A stretch of 64,000 nt of DNA from Escherichia coli (GTDB taxonomy: Bacteria > Pseudomonadota > Gammaproteobacteria > Enterobacterales > Enterobacteriaceae), in the NCBI RefSeq assembly GCF_013122565.1, contig NZ_CP053258.1; one strand, given 5' to 3'. How positions within the stretch are numbered: position 1 is the first letter of the stretch; every line of letters begins with the position of its first letter. The translations under genes and the position numbers were made by a program. Shown here piece after piece: positions 21,975 to 37,322 of this stretch. The notes under the pieces were generated by a model that did not search any database, had not been told where the DNA came from, and worked only from the letters and a program-made list of their open reading frames with translations.

Positions 21975-22122
21975 CTTAATTTGATGCCTGGCAGTTTATG
22001 AATCACTTCGTGATTCACCCTTCGGGCCGTTGCTTCGCAACGTTCAAAAGCTTTCGCTTTTGTCCTACTCTCTTATCGAGTAGTGAACTGCCTTAAAGGT
22101 CAGTGCCATTCTTCGTAATTTG
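21975..22122. repeat. Extra segment between 5S rRNA and aspU carrying a duplicated 5S 3'-terminal sequence and two perfect hairpins
   Basis: CTTAATTTGATGCCTGGCAGTT at 21975-21996 recurs with the same core at 22115-22135 (5S 3' end); palindromes TGAATCACTTCGTGATTCA (21999-22017) and CGTTGCTTCGCAACG (22028-22042). Confidence 0.5.
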
Positions 22123-22242
22123 ATGCCTGGCAGTTCCCTACTCTCGCATGGGGAGACCCCACACTACCATCGGCGCTACGGCGTTTCACTTCTGAGTTCG
22201 GCATGGGGTCAGGTGGGACCACCGCGCTAAGGCCGCCAGGCA
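22123..22242 (-). rRNA. rrfH: 5S ribosomal RNA
   Basis: 120-nt reverse-complement match to E. coli 5S rRNA. Confidence 0.97.
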
Positions 22243-22335
22243 AATTCTGTTTCATCAGACCGCTTCTGCGTTCTGATTTAATCTGTATCAGGCTGAAAAT
22301 CTTCTCTCAATCCGCCAAAACATCTTCGGCGTTGT

Positions 22336-25239
<2,904 letters not shown>

Positions 25240-25422
25240 TCACAACCCGAAGATGTTTCTTTCGACTCATCATCGTGTTGCGAAAATTTGAGAGACTCAC
25301 GAACAACTCTCGTTGTTCAGTGTTTCAATTTTCAGCTTGATCCAGATTTTTAAAGAGCAAAACTTCGCAGTGAACCTTTGCAGGTACACTCTGAAGTATT
25401 TTTTATTTAATCACTACAGAGA

Positions 25423-25498
25423 TGGTGGAGCTATGCGGGATCGAACCGCAGACCTCCTGCGTGCAAAGCAGGCGCTCTCCCAGCTGAGCTATAGCCCC
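25423..25498 (-). tRNA. alaV: tRNA-Ala (TGC), rrn spacer tRNA
   Basis: Reverse complement matches E. coli tRNA-Ala(UGC). Confidence 0.97.
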
Positions 25499-25540
25499 AT
25501 AACATGTAGTTAAAACCTCTTCAAATTTGCGGTGCAAATT

Positions 25541-25617
<77 letters not shown>

Positions 25618-25685
25618 GTAGAGGTTTTACTGCTCATTTTCATCAGACAATCTGTGTGAGCACTACAAAGAACGCTTCTTTAAGG

Positions 25686-27227
<1,542 letters not shown>

Positions 27228-27409
27228 AAAAGTTTGATGCTCAAAGAATTAAACTTCGTAATGAATTACGTGTTCACTCTTGAGACTTGGTATTCATTTT
27301 TCGTCTTGCGACGTTAAGAATCCGTATCTTCGAGTGCCCACACAGATTGTCTGATAAATTGTTAAAGAGCAGTTGCGACGCGGCTTTCAGCTCACTGTCG
27401 CGAGGTGGC

Positions 27410-27575
27410 GTATATTACGCTTTCCTCTTTCAGAGTCAACCCTGAATTTCAGGATTTTTTCTCTTCAACCGAACCGGCTGTTTGTGTGAAGTGATTCACA
27501 TCCGCCGTGTCGATGGAGGCGCATTATAGGGAGTCGTCTCAGGAAGACAAGCGGAAAAATGCATTTTTATTTCAA
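27410..27575 (-). promoter_or_regulatory. rrn operon tandem promoters P1 and P2 with A/T-rich UP region
   Basis: Minus strand: P1 TTGTCT(-35, 27545-27550)…TATAAT(-10, 27523-27528) followed by GC-rich discriminator, A/T-rich UP element upstream; P2 TTGACT(27434-27439)…TAATAT(27412-27417). Confidence 0.75.
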
Positions 27576-27593
27576 CCGCTCATCTTTTAATCA

Positions 27594-28166
27594 TTACGCC
27601 GGTTTTTGCTGCTTTTTTATCGCTTGCGGCAGGTCTGCCAGGCTATTTAACACCCAATCCGCCGCGTTTTCTGCTTCAGGCGTAATAGGTTTACCCGTAC
27701 GCACCAGCACTTTTGTTCCCACGTTCGCCGCAGCCGCTGCCTGCATATCTTCTAATTTATCGCCCACCATATAAGAAGCGGCCATATCAATATGCAAATA
27801 ATCGCGTGCTGACAAAAGCATCCCCGGATGTGGTTTGCGGCAGTCGCAGACCTGGCGAAACTCTTCAACACTACCCTGCGGATGATGCGGGCAATAATAG
27901 ATACCATCCAGATCGACATCGCGGTCCGCCAGCGACCAGTCCATCCACTCGGTCAGCGTTTCAAACTGTGCTTCAGTAAATTTACCGCGAGCAATGCCAG
28001 ACTGGTTGGTTACTACCACCAGCGCAAAGCCCATTTTTTTTAGCTCGCGCATGGCGTCAATAACACCGTCGATAAATTCAAAGTTGTCGATCTCATGGAC
28101 ATAGCCGTGATCGACATTAATGGTGCCATCACGGTCAAGAAAAATTGCGGGTACGCTCTTCGCCAC
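27594..28166 (-). CDS. gmhB: D,D-heptose 1,7-bisphosphate phosphatase
   Basis: 190 aa; HAD motif FLDRDGTIN. Confidence 0.95.
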   Translation of the reverse strand: MAKSVPAIFLDRDGTINVDHGYVHEIDNFEFIDGVIDAMRELKKMGFALVVVTNQSGIARGKFTEAQFETLTEWMDWSLADRDVDLDGIYYCPHHPQGSVEEFRQVCDCRKPHPGMLLSARDYLHIDMAASYMVGDKLEDMQAAAAANVGTKVLVRTGKPITPEAENAADWVLNSLADLPQAIKKQQKPA

Positions 28167-28254
28167 CTTTATAGCTCCTTAATAAGGCATGTGACGCTAG
28201 TATCGCATGTTTCGACCTGCAAGAAAGTGCTCTTCGCATAAACCTGATTGATTT

Positions 28255-28286
28255 AGACGTCTGGATGCCTTAACATCCATTTCATT
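28255..28286 (+). promoter_or_regulatory. Putative MetJ operator (tandem met boxes) upstream of metN
   Basis: AGACGTCT followed by 8-bp related repeats (GGATGCCT, TAACATCC) about 70-100 bp upstream of the metN start. Confidence 0.5.
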
Positions 28287-28352
28287 GACGGCGTTGCCCG
28301 TTTCAGGCATTCGAAATGCCACGACTAACTTAATGACGATAATAAATAATCA

Positions 28353-29384
28353 ATGATAAAACTTTCGAATATCACCAAAGTGTTCCACCAGGGCACCCGC
28401 ACCATCCAGGCGTTGAACAACGTCAGCCTGCATGTGCCAGCTGGACAAATTTATGGCGTTATCGGTGCCTCAGGCGCGGGTAAGAGTACGCTTATACGTT
28501 GTGTAAACCTGCTGGAGCGCCCAACCGAGGGTAGCGTGCTGGTCGATGGCCAGGAACTGACCACGCTGTCAGAATCCGAGTTGACCAAAGCTCGCCGCCA
28601 GATTGGTATGATTTTCCAGCATTTTAACCTGCTCTCTTCGCGTACTGTTTTTGGCAACGTGGCTCTGCCGCTGGAGCTGGACAATACACCGAAAGACGAG
28701 ATCAAACGTCGCGTGACGGAATTGCTGTCATTGGTTGGTCTTGGCGATAAGCATGATAGCTACCCGTCGAATCTTTCCGGTGGGCAGAAACAACGTGTGG
28801 CGATTGCCCGTGCACTAGCCAGCAATCCCAAAGTATTGCTGTGTGATGAAGCCACCAGCGCGCTGGACCCGGCAACGACACGTTCTATTCTCGAACTGCT
28901 GAAAGACATCAACCGCCGTCTGGGTTTGACGATTCTGTTGATCACTCACGAAATGGACGTTGTGAAGCGCATTTGTGATTGCGTGGCGGTTATCAGTAAT
29001 GGCGAACTGATCGAGCAGGACACGGTAAGTGAAGTGTTCTCGCATCCGAAAACGCCGCTGGCGCAGAAGTTTATTCAGTCGACCCTGCATCTGGATATCC
29101 CGGAAGATTACCAGGAACGTCTGCAAGCGGAGCCATTTACTGACTGCGTGCCGATGCTGCGTCTGGAGTTTACCGGTCAATCGGTCGATGCCCCACTGCT
29201 TTCTGAAACCGCGCGTCGTTTCAACGTCAACAACAACATTATTAGCGCGCAGATGGATTACGCCGGTGGCGTTAAGTTCGGCATCATGCTGACTGAAATG
29301 CACGGCACACAACAAGATACGCAAGCCGCCATTGCCTGGCTGCAGGAACACCATGTAAAAGTAGAGGTACTGGGTTATGTCTGA
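28353..29384 (+). CDS. metN: Methionine ABC transporter ATP-binding protein
   Basis: 343 aa; Walker [13 protein letters not shown] signature LSGGQKQR. Confidence 0.95.
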
Positions 29385-30030
29385 GCCGATGATGTGGCTG
29401 CTGGTTCGTGGCGTATGGGAAACGCTGGCAATGACCTTCGTATCCGGTTTTTTTGGCTTTGTGATTGGTCTGCCGGTTGGCGTTCTGCTTTATGTCACGC
29501 GTCCGGGGCAAATTATTGCTAACGCGAAGCTGTATCGTACCGTTTCTGCAATTGTGAACATTTTCCGTTCCATCCCGTTCATTATCTTGCTGGTATGGAT
29601 GATTCCGTTTACCCGAGTTATTGTCGGTACATCGATTGGTTTGCAGGCAGCGATTGTTCCGTTAACCGTTGGCGCAGCGCCGTTTATTGCCCGTATGGTC
29701 GAAAACGCTCTTCTGGAGATCCCAACCGGGTTAATTGAAGCTTCCCGCGCAATGGGTGCCACGCCGATGCAGATCGTCCGTAAGGTGCTGTTACCGGAAG
29801 CGCTGCCGGGTCTGGTGAATGCGGCAACTATCACCCTGATTACCCTGGTCGGTTATTCCGCGATGGGTGGTGCAGTCGGTGCCGGTGGTTTAGGTCAGAT
29901 TGGCTATCAGTATGGCTACATCGGCTACAACGCGACGGTGATGAATACGGTACTGGTATTGCTGGTCATTCTGGTTTATTTAATTCAGTTCGCAGGCGAC
30001 CGCATCGTCCGGGCTGTCACTCGCAAGTAA
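29377..30030 (+). CDS. metI: Methionine ABC transporter permease
   Basis: 217 aa hydrophobic permease overlapping metN stop. Confidence 0.95.
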
Positions 30031-30069
30031 CGTTCAACACAACATAAATAATTGAAGAAGGAATAAGGT

Positions 30070-30885
30070 ATGGCGTTCAAATTCAAAACCTTTGCGGCAG
30101 TGGGAGCCCTGATTGGATCACTGGCACTGGTAGGCTGCGGTCAGGATGAAAAAGATCCAAACCACATTAAAGTCGGCGTGATTGTTGGTGCCGAACAGCA
30201 GGTTGCAGAAGTCGCGCAGAAAGTTGCGAAAGACAAATATGGCCTGGACGTTGAACTGGTAACCTTCAACGACTATGTTCTGCCAAACGAAGCATTGAGC
30301 AAAGGCGATATCGACGCCAACGCCTTCCAGCATAAACCGTACCTTGATCAGCAACTGAAAGATCGTGGCTACAAACTGGTCGCAGTAGGCAACACTTTTG
30401 TTTATCCGATTGCTGGTTACTCCAAGAAAATCAAATCACTGGATGAACTGCAGGATGGTTCGCAGGTTGCCGTGCCAAACGACCCAACTAACCTTGGTCG
30501 TTCACTGCTGCTGCTGCAAAAAGTGGGCTTGATCAAACTGAAAGATGGCGTTGGCCTGCTACCAACCGTTCTGGACGTCACCGAGAACCCGAAAAACCTG
30601 AAAATTGTTGAGCTGGAAGCGCCGCAACTGCCGCGTTCTCTGGACGACGCCCAGATTGCTCTGGCAGTTATCAACACCACCTACGCCAGCCAGATTGGCC
30701 TGACTCCGGCGAAAGACGGTATCTTCGTGGAAGATAAAGACTCCCCGTACGTAAACCTGATCGTAACCCGTGAAGATAACAAAGACGCAGAGAACGTGAA
30801 GAAATTCGTCCAGGCTTATCAATCTGACGAAGTCTATGAAGCAGCAAACAAAGTATTTAACGGTGGCGCAGTTAAAGGCTGGTAA
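30070..30885 (+). CDS. metQ: Methionine-binding lipoprotein
   Basis: 271 aa; lipobox LVGC; NlpA-family binding protein. Confidence 0.95.
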   Translation: MAFKFKTFAAVGALIGSLALVGCGQDEKDPNHIKVGVIVGAEQQVAEVAQKVAKDKYGLDVELVTFNDYVLPNEALSKGDIDANAFQHKPYLDQQLKDRGYKLVAVGNTFVYPIAGYSKKIKSLDELQDGSQVAVPNDPTNLGRSLLLLQKVGLIKLKDGVGLLPTVLDVTENPKNLKIVELEAPQLPRSLDDAQIALAVINTTYASQIGLTPAKDGIFVEDKDSPYVNLIVTREDNKDAENVKKFVQAYQSDEVYEAANKVFNGGAVKGW

Positions 30886-30922
30886 TTTTTAGGCTGTTTC
30901 CACAATTTGTAATATCATTCAG

Positions 30923-30940
30923 GACGGGCGCTTGCCCGTC
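30923..30940 (+). terminator. Rho-independent terminator after metQ
   Basis: GACGGGCGCTTGCCCGTC hairpin followed by TTGTCATTTTT. Confidence 0.6.
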
Positions 30941-31002
30941 TTGTCATTTTTACAAGCTCCTGATTCAATATTGACGTTTTGATCATACATTGAGGAAATA
31001 CT

Positions 31003-31407
31003 ATGCGTGCTTTACCGATCTGTTTAGTAGCACTCATGCTAAGCGGCTGTTCCATGTTAAGCAGATCCCCTGTCGAACCCGTTCAAAGCACTGCACCCCA
31101 GCCGAAAGCGGAGCCTGCAAAACCGAAAGCGCCGCGCGCCACGCCGGTCCGAATTTATACCAATGCAGAAGAATTAGTCGGCAAACCGTTCCGCGATCTC
31201 GGTGAAGTCAGTGGCGACTCTTGCCAGGCCTCTAATCAGGACTCTCCGCCGAGCATTCCAACCGCACGTAAGCGGATGCAAATCAACGCCTCTAAAATGA
31301 AAGCCAATGCTGTATTACTGCATAGCTGCGAAGTCACCAGCGGTACGCCAGGCTGCTATCGTCAGGCTGTATGTATCGGTTCTGCGCTTAACATTACGGC
31401 GAAATGA
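31003..31407 (+). CDS. rcsF: Outer-membrane lipoprotein RcsF (Rcs phosphorelay sensor)
   Basis: 134 aa; lipobox LSGC; Pro-rich linker. Confidence 0.93.
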   Translation: MRALPICLVALMLSGCSMLSRSPVEPVQSTAPQPKAEPAKPKAPRATPVRIYTNAEELVGKPFRDLGEVSGDSCQASNQDSPPSIPTARKRMQINASKMKANAVLLHSCEVTSGTPGCYRQAVCIGSALNITAK

Positions 31408-32111
31408 GCAGTTTCCAGTTCGAGCAAATAGGCGTTATTCGCTCGCCCTATAAAGAAAAGTTCGCCGTTCCGCGCCAGCCAGGTCTGGTAAAAAGCGCCA
31501 ACGGCGAACTGCATCTCATTGCTCCCTACAACCAGGCCGACGCCGTTCGCGGCCTGGAAGCGTTCAGCCATTTATGGATCCTTTTCGTCTTTCATCAAAC
31601 GATGGAAGGCGGCTGGCGTCCGACTGTGCGTCCACCGCGCCTCGGCGGTAACGCCAGAATGGGGGTTTTCGCAACACGCTCTACTTTCCGCCCTAACCCA
31701 ATTGGCATGTCGCTGGTAGAGCTGAAAGAGGTTGTTTGCCATAAAGACAGCGTGATTCTGAAGCTCGGCAGTCTGGATCTGGTCGATGGTACGCCGGTAG
31801 TGGATATCAAACCGTATCTCCCCTTTGCCGAATCGCTTCCCGATGCCAGTGCCAGCTATGCGCAAAGTGCGCCAGCTGCAGAGATGGCGGTGAGTTTTAC
31901 CGCAGAGGTCGAAAAGCAGCTTTTGACGCTGGAGAAGCGTTATCCGCAGTTAACGCTGTTTATCCGCGAAGTACTGGCGCAGGACCCGCGCCCGGCCTAT
32001 CGTAAAGGTGAGGAAACGGGCAAAACCTATGCCGTCTGGCTACATGATTTTAACGTTCGCTGGCGCGTCACCGACGCAGGTTTTGAAGTCTTTGCGCTGG
32101 AACCGCGTTAA
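31404..32111 (+). CDS. tsaA: tRNA (adenine37-N6)-methyltransferase TsaA (YaeB)
   Basis: 235 aa; overlaps rcsF stop; K-12 gene order. Confidence 0.9.
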   Translation: MSSFQFEQIGVIRSPYKEKFAVPRQPGLVKSANGELHLIAPYNQADAVRGLEAFSHLWILFVFHQTMEGGWRPTVRPPRLGGNARMGVFATRSTFRPNPIGMSLVELKEVVCHKDSVILKLGSLDLVDGTPVVDIKPYLPFAESLPDASASYAQSAPAAEMAVSFTAEVEKQLLTLEKRYPQLTLFIREVLAQDPRPAYRKGEETGKTYAVWLHDFNVRWRVTDAGFEVFALEPR

Positions 32112-32221
32112 ATTCACGCCCTTCTCTTTTGACATTTCTTTTGCACTGGTAAACTAAATCACTTTTTTTGTCCCAGGCTCGCCTTGAGCCTGTTCTACCT
32201 TCCAACTGGAACCGTAACAAC

Positions 32222-33940
32222 ATGCGTACTAGCCAATACCTGCTCTCCACTCTCAAGGAGACACCTGCCGACGCCGAGGTGATCAGCCATCAGCTGATGC
32301 TGCGCGCCGGGATGATCCGCAAGCTGGCCTCCGGGTTATATACCTGGCTGCCGACCGGCGTGCGCGTTCTGAAAAAAGTCGAAAACATCGTGCGTGAAGA
32401 GATGAACAACGCCGGTGCAATCGAGGTGTCGATGCCGGTGGTTCAGCCAGCCGATTTGTGGCAAGAGAGTGGTCGTTGGGAACAGTACGGTCCGGAACTG
32501 CTGCGTTTTGTTGACCGTGGCGAGCGTCCGTTCGTACTCGGCCCAACTCATGAAGAAGTTATCACTGACCTGATTCGTAACGAGCTTAGCTCTTACAAAC
32601 AGCTGCCGCTGAACTTCTATCAGATCCAGACCAAGTTCCGCGACGAAGTGCGTCCGCGTTTCGGCGTCATGCGTTCCCGCGAATTCCTGATGAAAGATGC
32701 TTACTCTTTCCATACTTCTCAGGAATCCCTGCAGGAAACCTACGATGCAATGTATGCGGCCTACAGCAAAATCTTCAGCCGCATGGGGCTGGATTTCCGC
32801 GCCGTACAGGCCGACACCGGTTCTATCGGTGGCAGCGCCTCTCACGAATTCCAGGTGCTGGCGCAGAGCGGTGAAGACGATGTGGTCTTCTCCGACACCT
32901 CAGACTACGCAGCGAACATTGAACTGGCAGAAGCTATCGCGCCGAAAGAACCGCGCGCTGCTGCTACCCAGGAAATGACGCTGGTTGATACGCCGAACGC
33001 GAAAACCATCGCGGAACTGGTTGAACAGTTCAATCTGCCGATTGAGAAAACGGTTAAGACTCTGCTGGTTAAAGCGGTTGAAGGCAGTAGCTTCCCGCTG
33101 GTTGCGCTGCTGGTGCGCGGTGACCACGAGCTGAACGAAGTTAAAGCAGAAAAACTGCCGCAGGTTGCCAGCCCGCTGACTTTCGCGACCGAAGAAGAAA
33201 TTCGTGCCGTGGTTAAAGCCGGTCCGGGTTCACTGGGTCCGGTAAACATGCCAATTCCGGTGGTGATTGACCGTACCGTTGCGGCGATGAGTGATTTCGC
33301 TGCTGGTGCTAACATCGATGGTAAACACTACTTCGGTATCAACTGGGATCGCGATGTCGCTACCCCGGAAATTGCTGATATCCGCAACGTGGTGGCTGGC
33401 GATCCAAGCCCGGATGGCCAGGGTACGCTGCTGATCAAACGTGGTATCGAAGTTGGTCACATCTTCCAGCTGGGTACCAAGTACTCCGAAGCACTGAAAG
33501 CCTCCGTACAGGGTGAAGATGGCCGTAACCAAATCCTGACGATGGGTTGCTACGGTATCGGGGTAACGCGTGTGGTAGCTGCGGCGATTGAGCAGAACTA
33601 CGACGAACGCGGCATCGTATGGCCTGACGCTATCGCGCCGTTCCAGGTGGCGATTCTGCCGATGAACATGCACAAATCCTTCCGCGTACAAGAGCTTGCT
33701 GAGAAACTGTACAGCGAACTGCGTGCACAAGGTATCGAAGTGCTGCTGGATGACCGAAAAGAACGTCCGGGCGTGATGTTTGCCGATATGGAACTGATCG
33801 GTATTCCGCACACTATTGTGCTGGGCGACCGTAACCTAGACAACGACGATATCGAATATAAATATCGTCGTAACGGCGAGAAACAGTTAATTAAGACTGG
33901 TGACATCGTCGAATATCTGGTGAAACAGATTAAAGGCTGA
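32222..33940 (+). CDS. proS: Prolyl-tRNA synthetase
   Basis: ATG at 32222 gives 572 aa starting [20 protein letters not shown]. Confidence 0.95.
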   Translation: MRTSQYLLSTLKETPADAEVISHQLMLRAGMIRKLASGLYTWLPTGVRVLKKVENIVREEMNNAGAIEVSMPVVQPADLWQESGRWEQYGPELLRFVDRGERPFVLGPTHEEVITDLIRNELSSYKQLPLNFYQIQTKFRDEVRPRFGVMRSREFLMKDAYSFHTSQESLQETYDAMYAAYSKIFSRMGLDFRAVQADTGSIGGSASHEFQVLAQSGEDDVVFSDTSDYAANIELAEAIAPKEPRAAATQEMTLVDTPNAKTIAELVEQFNLPIEKTVKTLLVKAVEGSSFPLVALLVRGDHELNEVKAEKLPQVASPLTFATEEEIRAVVKAGPGSLGPVNMPIPVVIDRTVAAMSDFAAGANIDGKHYFGINWDRDVATPEIADIRNVVAGDPSPDGQGTLLIKRGIEVGHIFQLGTKYSEALKASVQGEDGRNQILTMGCYGIGVTRVVAAAIEQNYDERGIVWPDAIAPFQVAILPMNMHKSFRVQELAEKLYSELRAQGIEVLLDDRKERPGVMFADMELIGIPHTIVLGDRNLDNDDIEYKYRRNGEKQLIKTGDIVEYLVKQIKG

Positions 33941-33948
33941 TGCCAGAA

Positions 33949-33976
33949 AGGGTCCTGAATTTCAGGGCCCTTTTTT
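33949..33976 (+). terminator. Rho-independent terminator after proS
   Basis: GGGTCCTGAATTTCAGGGCCC hairpin followed by TTTTTT. Confidence 0.65.
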
Positions 33977-33992
33977 ACATGGATTGTATAAA

Positions 33993-34817
33993 ATGGATAA
34001 ACCAAAGGCGTACTACCGCCTGCTTCTCCCCAGCTTTCTTTTACTTTCGGCCTGTACCGTTGATATCAGCCAGCCAGACTCCTCTGCCACAGCGGTAGAT
34101 GTCGAGGCAAAAACATGGGCTGTCAAATTCCAGCATCAAAGCTCTTTCACCGAACAATCAATAAAAGAAATAACGGTACCTGATCTCAAACCCGGCGATT
34201 TGCTGTTCTCCTCAAGCCTGGGGGTAACCTCATTTGGGATCCGCGTTTTCAGCACTTCCTCTGTGAGTCACGTTGCAATCTATCTGGGTGAAAATAACGT
34301 TGCAGAAGCGACAGGCGCTGGCGTCCAGATTGTTTCCCTTAAAAAAGCGATGAAGCATAGTGATAAACTTTTCGTCTTACGAGTCCCGGATCTTACCCCG
34401 CAACAAGCCACAGAAATCACCGCGTTCGCCAATAAAATCAAAGATAGCGGTTATAACTATCGCGGCATTGTCGAATTTATTCCCTTTATGGTGACTCGCC
34501 AGATGTGCTCACTGAATCCGTTCTCCGAGGATTTTCGCCAACAGTGCGTCAGCGGCCTGGCGAAAGCGCAGTTAAGCAGTGTGGGCGAAGGAGACAAAAA
34601 GTCGTGGTTTTGTTCGGAATTTGTCACTGATGCATTTGCCAAAGCCGGGCATCCGCTTACGCTGGCGCAATCGGGCTGGATTAGCCCTGCCGATCTGATG
34701 CATATGCGTATTGGTGATGTCTCTGCGTTTAAGCCAGAAACGCAGTTACAGTATATTGGACACCTGAAGCCTGGGATTTATATTAAAGCGAGTCGCTTCG
34801 TTGGGCTGACTCGGTGA
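33993..34817 (+). CDS. yaeF: Lipoprotein YaeF (YiiX/permuted papain-like family)
   Basis: 274 aa from ATG at 33993 (MDKPKAYYRLLL…LSAC lipobox). Confidence 0.88.
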   Translation: MDKPKAYYRLLLPSFLLLSACTVDISQPDSSATAVDVEAKTWAVKFQHQSSFTEQSIKEITVPDLKPGDLLFSSSLGVTSFGIRVFSTSSVSHVAIYLGENNVAEATGAGVQIVSLKKAMKHSDKLFVLRVPDLTPQQATEITAFANKIKDSGYNYRGIVEFIPFMVTRQMCSLNPFSEDFRQQCVSGLAKAQLSSVGEGDKKSWFCSEFVTDAFAKAGHPLTLAQSGWISPADLMHMRIGDVSAFKPETQLQYIGHLKPGIYIKASRFVGLTR

Positions 34818-34842
34818 TAAAAGCCAGCCTCGTGCACAAAAT

Positions 34843-34942
34843 GCCGGAGGCGGCGTGAACGCCTTATCCGGCCTACAAAATCGTGCTAATTCAAAATGTT
34901 GCATTATATGCTGTAGGCCTGATAAGCGCAGCGCATCAGGCA
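34843..34942. repeat. REP/BIME element (two inverted palindromic units)
   Basis: GCCGGAGGCGGCGTGAACGCCTTATCCGGCCTAC and inverted GTAGGCCTGATAAGCGCAGCGCATCAGGC. Confidence 0.8.
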
Positions 34943-34972
34943 ATTTTGCGTTTGTTTCTGCCTTAAGCAGGT

Positions 34973-35683
34973 TTACTGCCCCAAACTACTGCAATCCTTG
35001 TTTGGGTAAAATTTACCTGCCGTATCGGGCGCTAATACTTTGGTTGGCGCACCGGTATCCGGATTAGCCTCAAGCGTAAAGTGACCTTCTACTGACAGTA
35101 ACACCGGTTTTTCACTGTGACCGCGCGCAGCCAGGTAGCCACGCTCCAGCTCTGCGTTATTCGCTACCATGAAACGTTTTCCGGTCGCGCAATCAGTGAA
35201 GGTCGCCGCATCAGCCATATAAAAATACATGCCCCGCAGGGTCATCGGCGTCATGGGTAAACTGGATTGTGCCGGTTCCAGCGTATAGTTGAACTGCGAT
35301 TCAATCGGATTACCTTCACGATCGAGCATCTCCAGCGCATCTCCTTTCGCCCGATAATATGACTTTTCACCTTTGCTGTCGGTTAATACCAACTTGTCAG
35401 CGGTTCGCGCCCATGTACCGTAGGAAGCGAAAGAGGAAGGTTCTTCACGAGCACCGAGATAACGCTCATTCATCACCCATGTTCCGTCTTTTTCGAGGAA
35501 CAGAGAGGTTTCGATTCCTTCGCAATCGGCACACGGCAGCACGCCGCGCCAACTTTGCGGCATCGGTTTCAGTTCGGCAGCCTGCGCCGGAGAAAGCGTA
35601 TCGACTTCGGCCCGATTATTACAACCCATCAGAGTAAAGAGGCTGATTACAGCCATCGCTGTCACTATCGCTTTTTTCACCAT
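34973..35683 (-). CDS. nlpE: Outer-membrane lipoprotein NlpE (Cpx pathway activator)
   Basis: 236 aa; lipobox LMGC; CxxC motif. Confidence 0.93.
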   Translation of the reverse strand: MVKKAIVTAMAVISLFTLMGCNNRAEVDTLSPAQAAELKPMPQSWRGVLPCADCEGIETSLFLEKDGTWVMNERYLGAREEPSSFASYGTWARTADKLVLTDSKGEKSYYRAKGDALEMLDREGNPIESQFNYTLEPAQSSLPMTPMTLRGMYFYMADAATFTDCATGKRFMVANNAELERGYLAARGHSEKPVLLSVEGHFTLEANPDTGAPTKVLAPDTAGKFYPNKDCSSLGQ

Positions 35684-35696
35684 CCATTCCTTCTTT

Positions 35697-36119
35697 TTAT
35701 TCCCGACCGCTGCGCACTTTGCCGCGCATCGCCTTTACGCTTGATTTTTGTGCTTTCGATGCCAGCCTGCGCTCTTTCGATGCACGGGTGGGCCGCGTGG
35801 GTCGTCGGGCTTTTTGTTCTGTTGTTAATTCTTTAATCACAGCCACCAGCCGGGCCAGAGCGGCTTCGCGGTTCAGTTCCTGACTGCGGTATTCCTGTGC
35901 CTTAATGACAATCACTCCGTCACTGCTGATCAAATGATGGCTGGCGGCGAGCAGACGCTCTTTGTAATACTCTGGCAGGCTGGACGCCCGAATGTCAAAA
36001 CGCAGATGAATAGCCGTTGAGGTCTTATTAACATGCTGCCCGCCCGCGCCCTGCGCACGAATGGCGGTGATCTCAAGCTCACCATCGGGAATAGCAACAT
36101 GTCGGGAAATCACAATCAT
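35697..36119 (-). CDS. arfB: Peptidyl-tRNA hydrolase ArfB (YaeJ), ribosome rescue factor
   Basis: 140 aa; GGQ motif ([10 protein letters not shown]). Confidence 0.93.
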   Translation of the reverse strand: MIVISRHVAIPDGELEITAIRAQGAGGQHVNKTSTAIHLRFDIRASSLPEYYKERLLAASHHLISSDGVIVIKAQEYRSQELNREAALARLVAVIKELTTEQKARRPTRPTRASKERRLASKAQKSSVKAMRGKVRSGRE

Positions 36120-36661
36120 GAAGGTTGTTGCCAGGCGGTTAAGTTCACTTCCAGAGTATTCTTATCATCCGATAACCAGATCACGCCATCCTGAACCGTT
36201 GCCTGCAGCGTCATGGTACGATCGGCAAAGGCGCTTACTTTCGCCAGTTGTTCATCGTCCAGATACCAGACGGAAAGATTGGCAAACTGCGCACATTTGC
36301 TCTGATTTTGCTGCCACCAGATTTGCGCCGCCCAACTATTATAGGTAAACAGCGCCACTTCTGCGGCCTGGGTGCAGGCTTTCTTAATTCGTCGCTCATC
36401 CGGCAGCCCCAACTCAATCCACAAATCAATGCCCAGGTGATCGTTACGCAGCCACGCTTCCGGCTCATCATCGGCACACAAACCACGGGTAAATTGCAGA
36501 CGTTCATCAGCATATTTCAGCCACGCCAGCAAGCGCAGCATCATACGCTCCTGGGTTTCTGAAGGATGGCGCGCCAGCGTCAGAGAGGCATCGAGAAACT
36601 GGTTGCGGTCGAGATCGGCCACATTAACCGTCGCTTTATAAATTGTCGCTTTAAGCGCCAT
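36116..36661 (-). CDS. yaeQ: YaeQ family protein
   Basis: 181 aa; K-12 gene order; overlaps arfB start. Confidence 0.9.
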   Translation of the reverse strand: MALKATIYKATVNVADLDRNQFLDASLTLARHPSETQERMMLRLLAWLKYADERLQFTRGLCADDEPEAWLRNDHLGIDLWIELGLPDERRIKKACTQAAEVALFTYNSWAAQIWWQQNQSKCAQFANLSVWYLDDEQLAKVSAFADRTMTLQATVQDGVIWLSDDKNTLEVNLTAWQQPS

Positions 36662-36826
36662 AAGAAAACTCCTTTCGAATCAGGAGGCCATTGTAACGGA
36701 ATACGTGCAGTTGCGGCGCTGATATTGCAGAAATGAGTGTGGTATAGTCACCTTGCGAAACAGAGTTTATCTTCGTAGGCTTAGACTTGCATCCACGGTT
36801 AAGTCAGAGTGCTGACAGGAGGGCAT

Positions 36827-37027
36827 GTGGAAAAATATTGTGAGTTAATACGCAAGCGGTACGCGGAAATCGCCAGCGGAGACTTAGGATACGTTCCGGA
36901 CGCGCTGGGCTGCGTTTTGAAAGTGCTGAATGAAATGGCTGCCGACGACGCCCTTTCTGAGGCTGTCAGGGAAAAAGCAGCATACGCTGCGGCAAACTTA
37001 CTGGTGAGCGATTATGTCAATGAATGA
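36827..37027 (+). CDS. yaeP: UPF0253 protein YaeP
   Basis: 66-aa product from GTG start (…[21 protein letters not shown]…); overlaps rof start. Confidence 0.8.
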
Positions 37028-37274
37028 TACGTATCAACCAATCAATTGTGATGATTACGATAATCTTGAGCTCGCCTGCCAGCATCATTTAATGCTGACA
37101 CTTGAGCTGAAAGATGGCGAAAAATTGCAGGCAAAAGCCAGTGATTTAGTCTCCCGCAAAAATGTGGAGTATCTGGTCGTCGAGGCCGCTGGCGAAACCC
37201 GTGAGCTACGTCTGGATAAAATTACCAGCTTTAGCCACCCGGAAATCGGTACGGTGGTGGTGAGCGAGTCCTGA
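37014..37274 (+). CDS. rof: Rho-binding antiterminator Rof (YaeO)
   Basis: 86 aa ([22 protein letters not shown]…). Confidence 0.9.
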
Positions 37275-37283
37275 TTGACTTTC

Positions 37284-37316
37284 GCCGGATGCGACGTTTG
37301 ATGCGTCTTATCCGGC
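37284..37316. repeat. REP palindromic unit
   Basis: GCCGGATGCGACGTTTGATGCGTCTTATCCGGC between rof and tilS. Confidence 0.65.
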
Positions 37317-37322
37317 TTTCAC

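Noticed and set aside
21668-22018. 116-aa minus-strand ORF spanning aspU
   Set aside because: Contains the tRNA-Asp gene itself
22221-22240. Single-base difference in 5S rRNA near its 5' end (reads CGCTAAGGCC where I expected CGCTACGGCC)
   Set aside because: E. coli 5S genes are known to be heterogeneous at this position between operons and strains; most likely an ordinary allele, and my recalled reference may be imperfect
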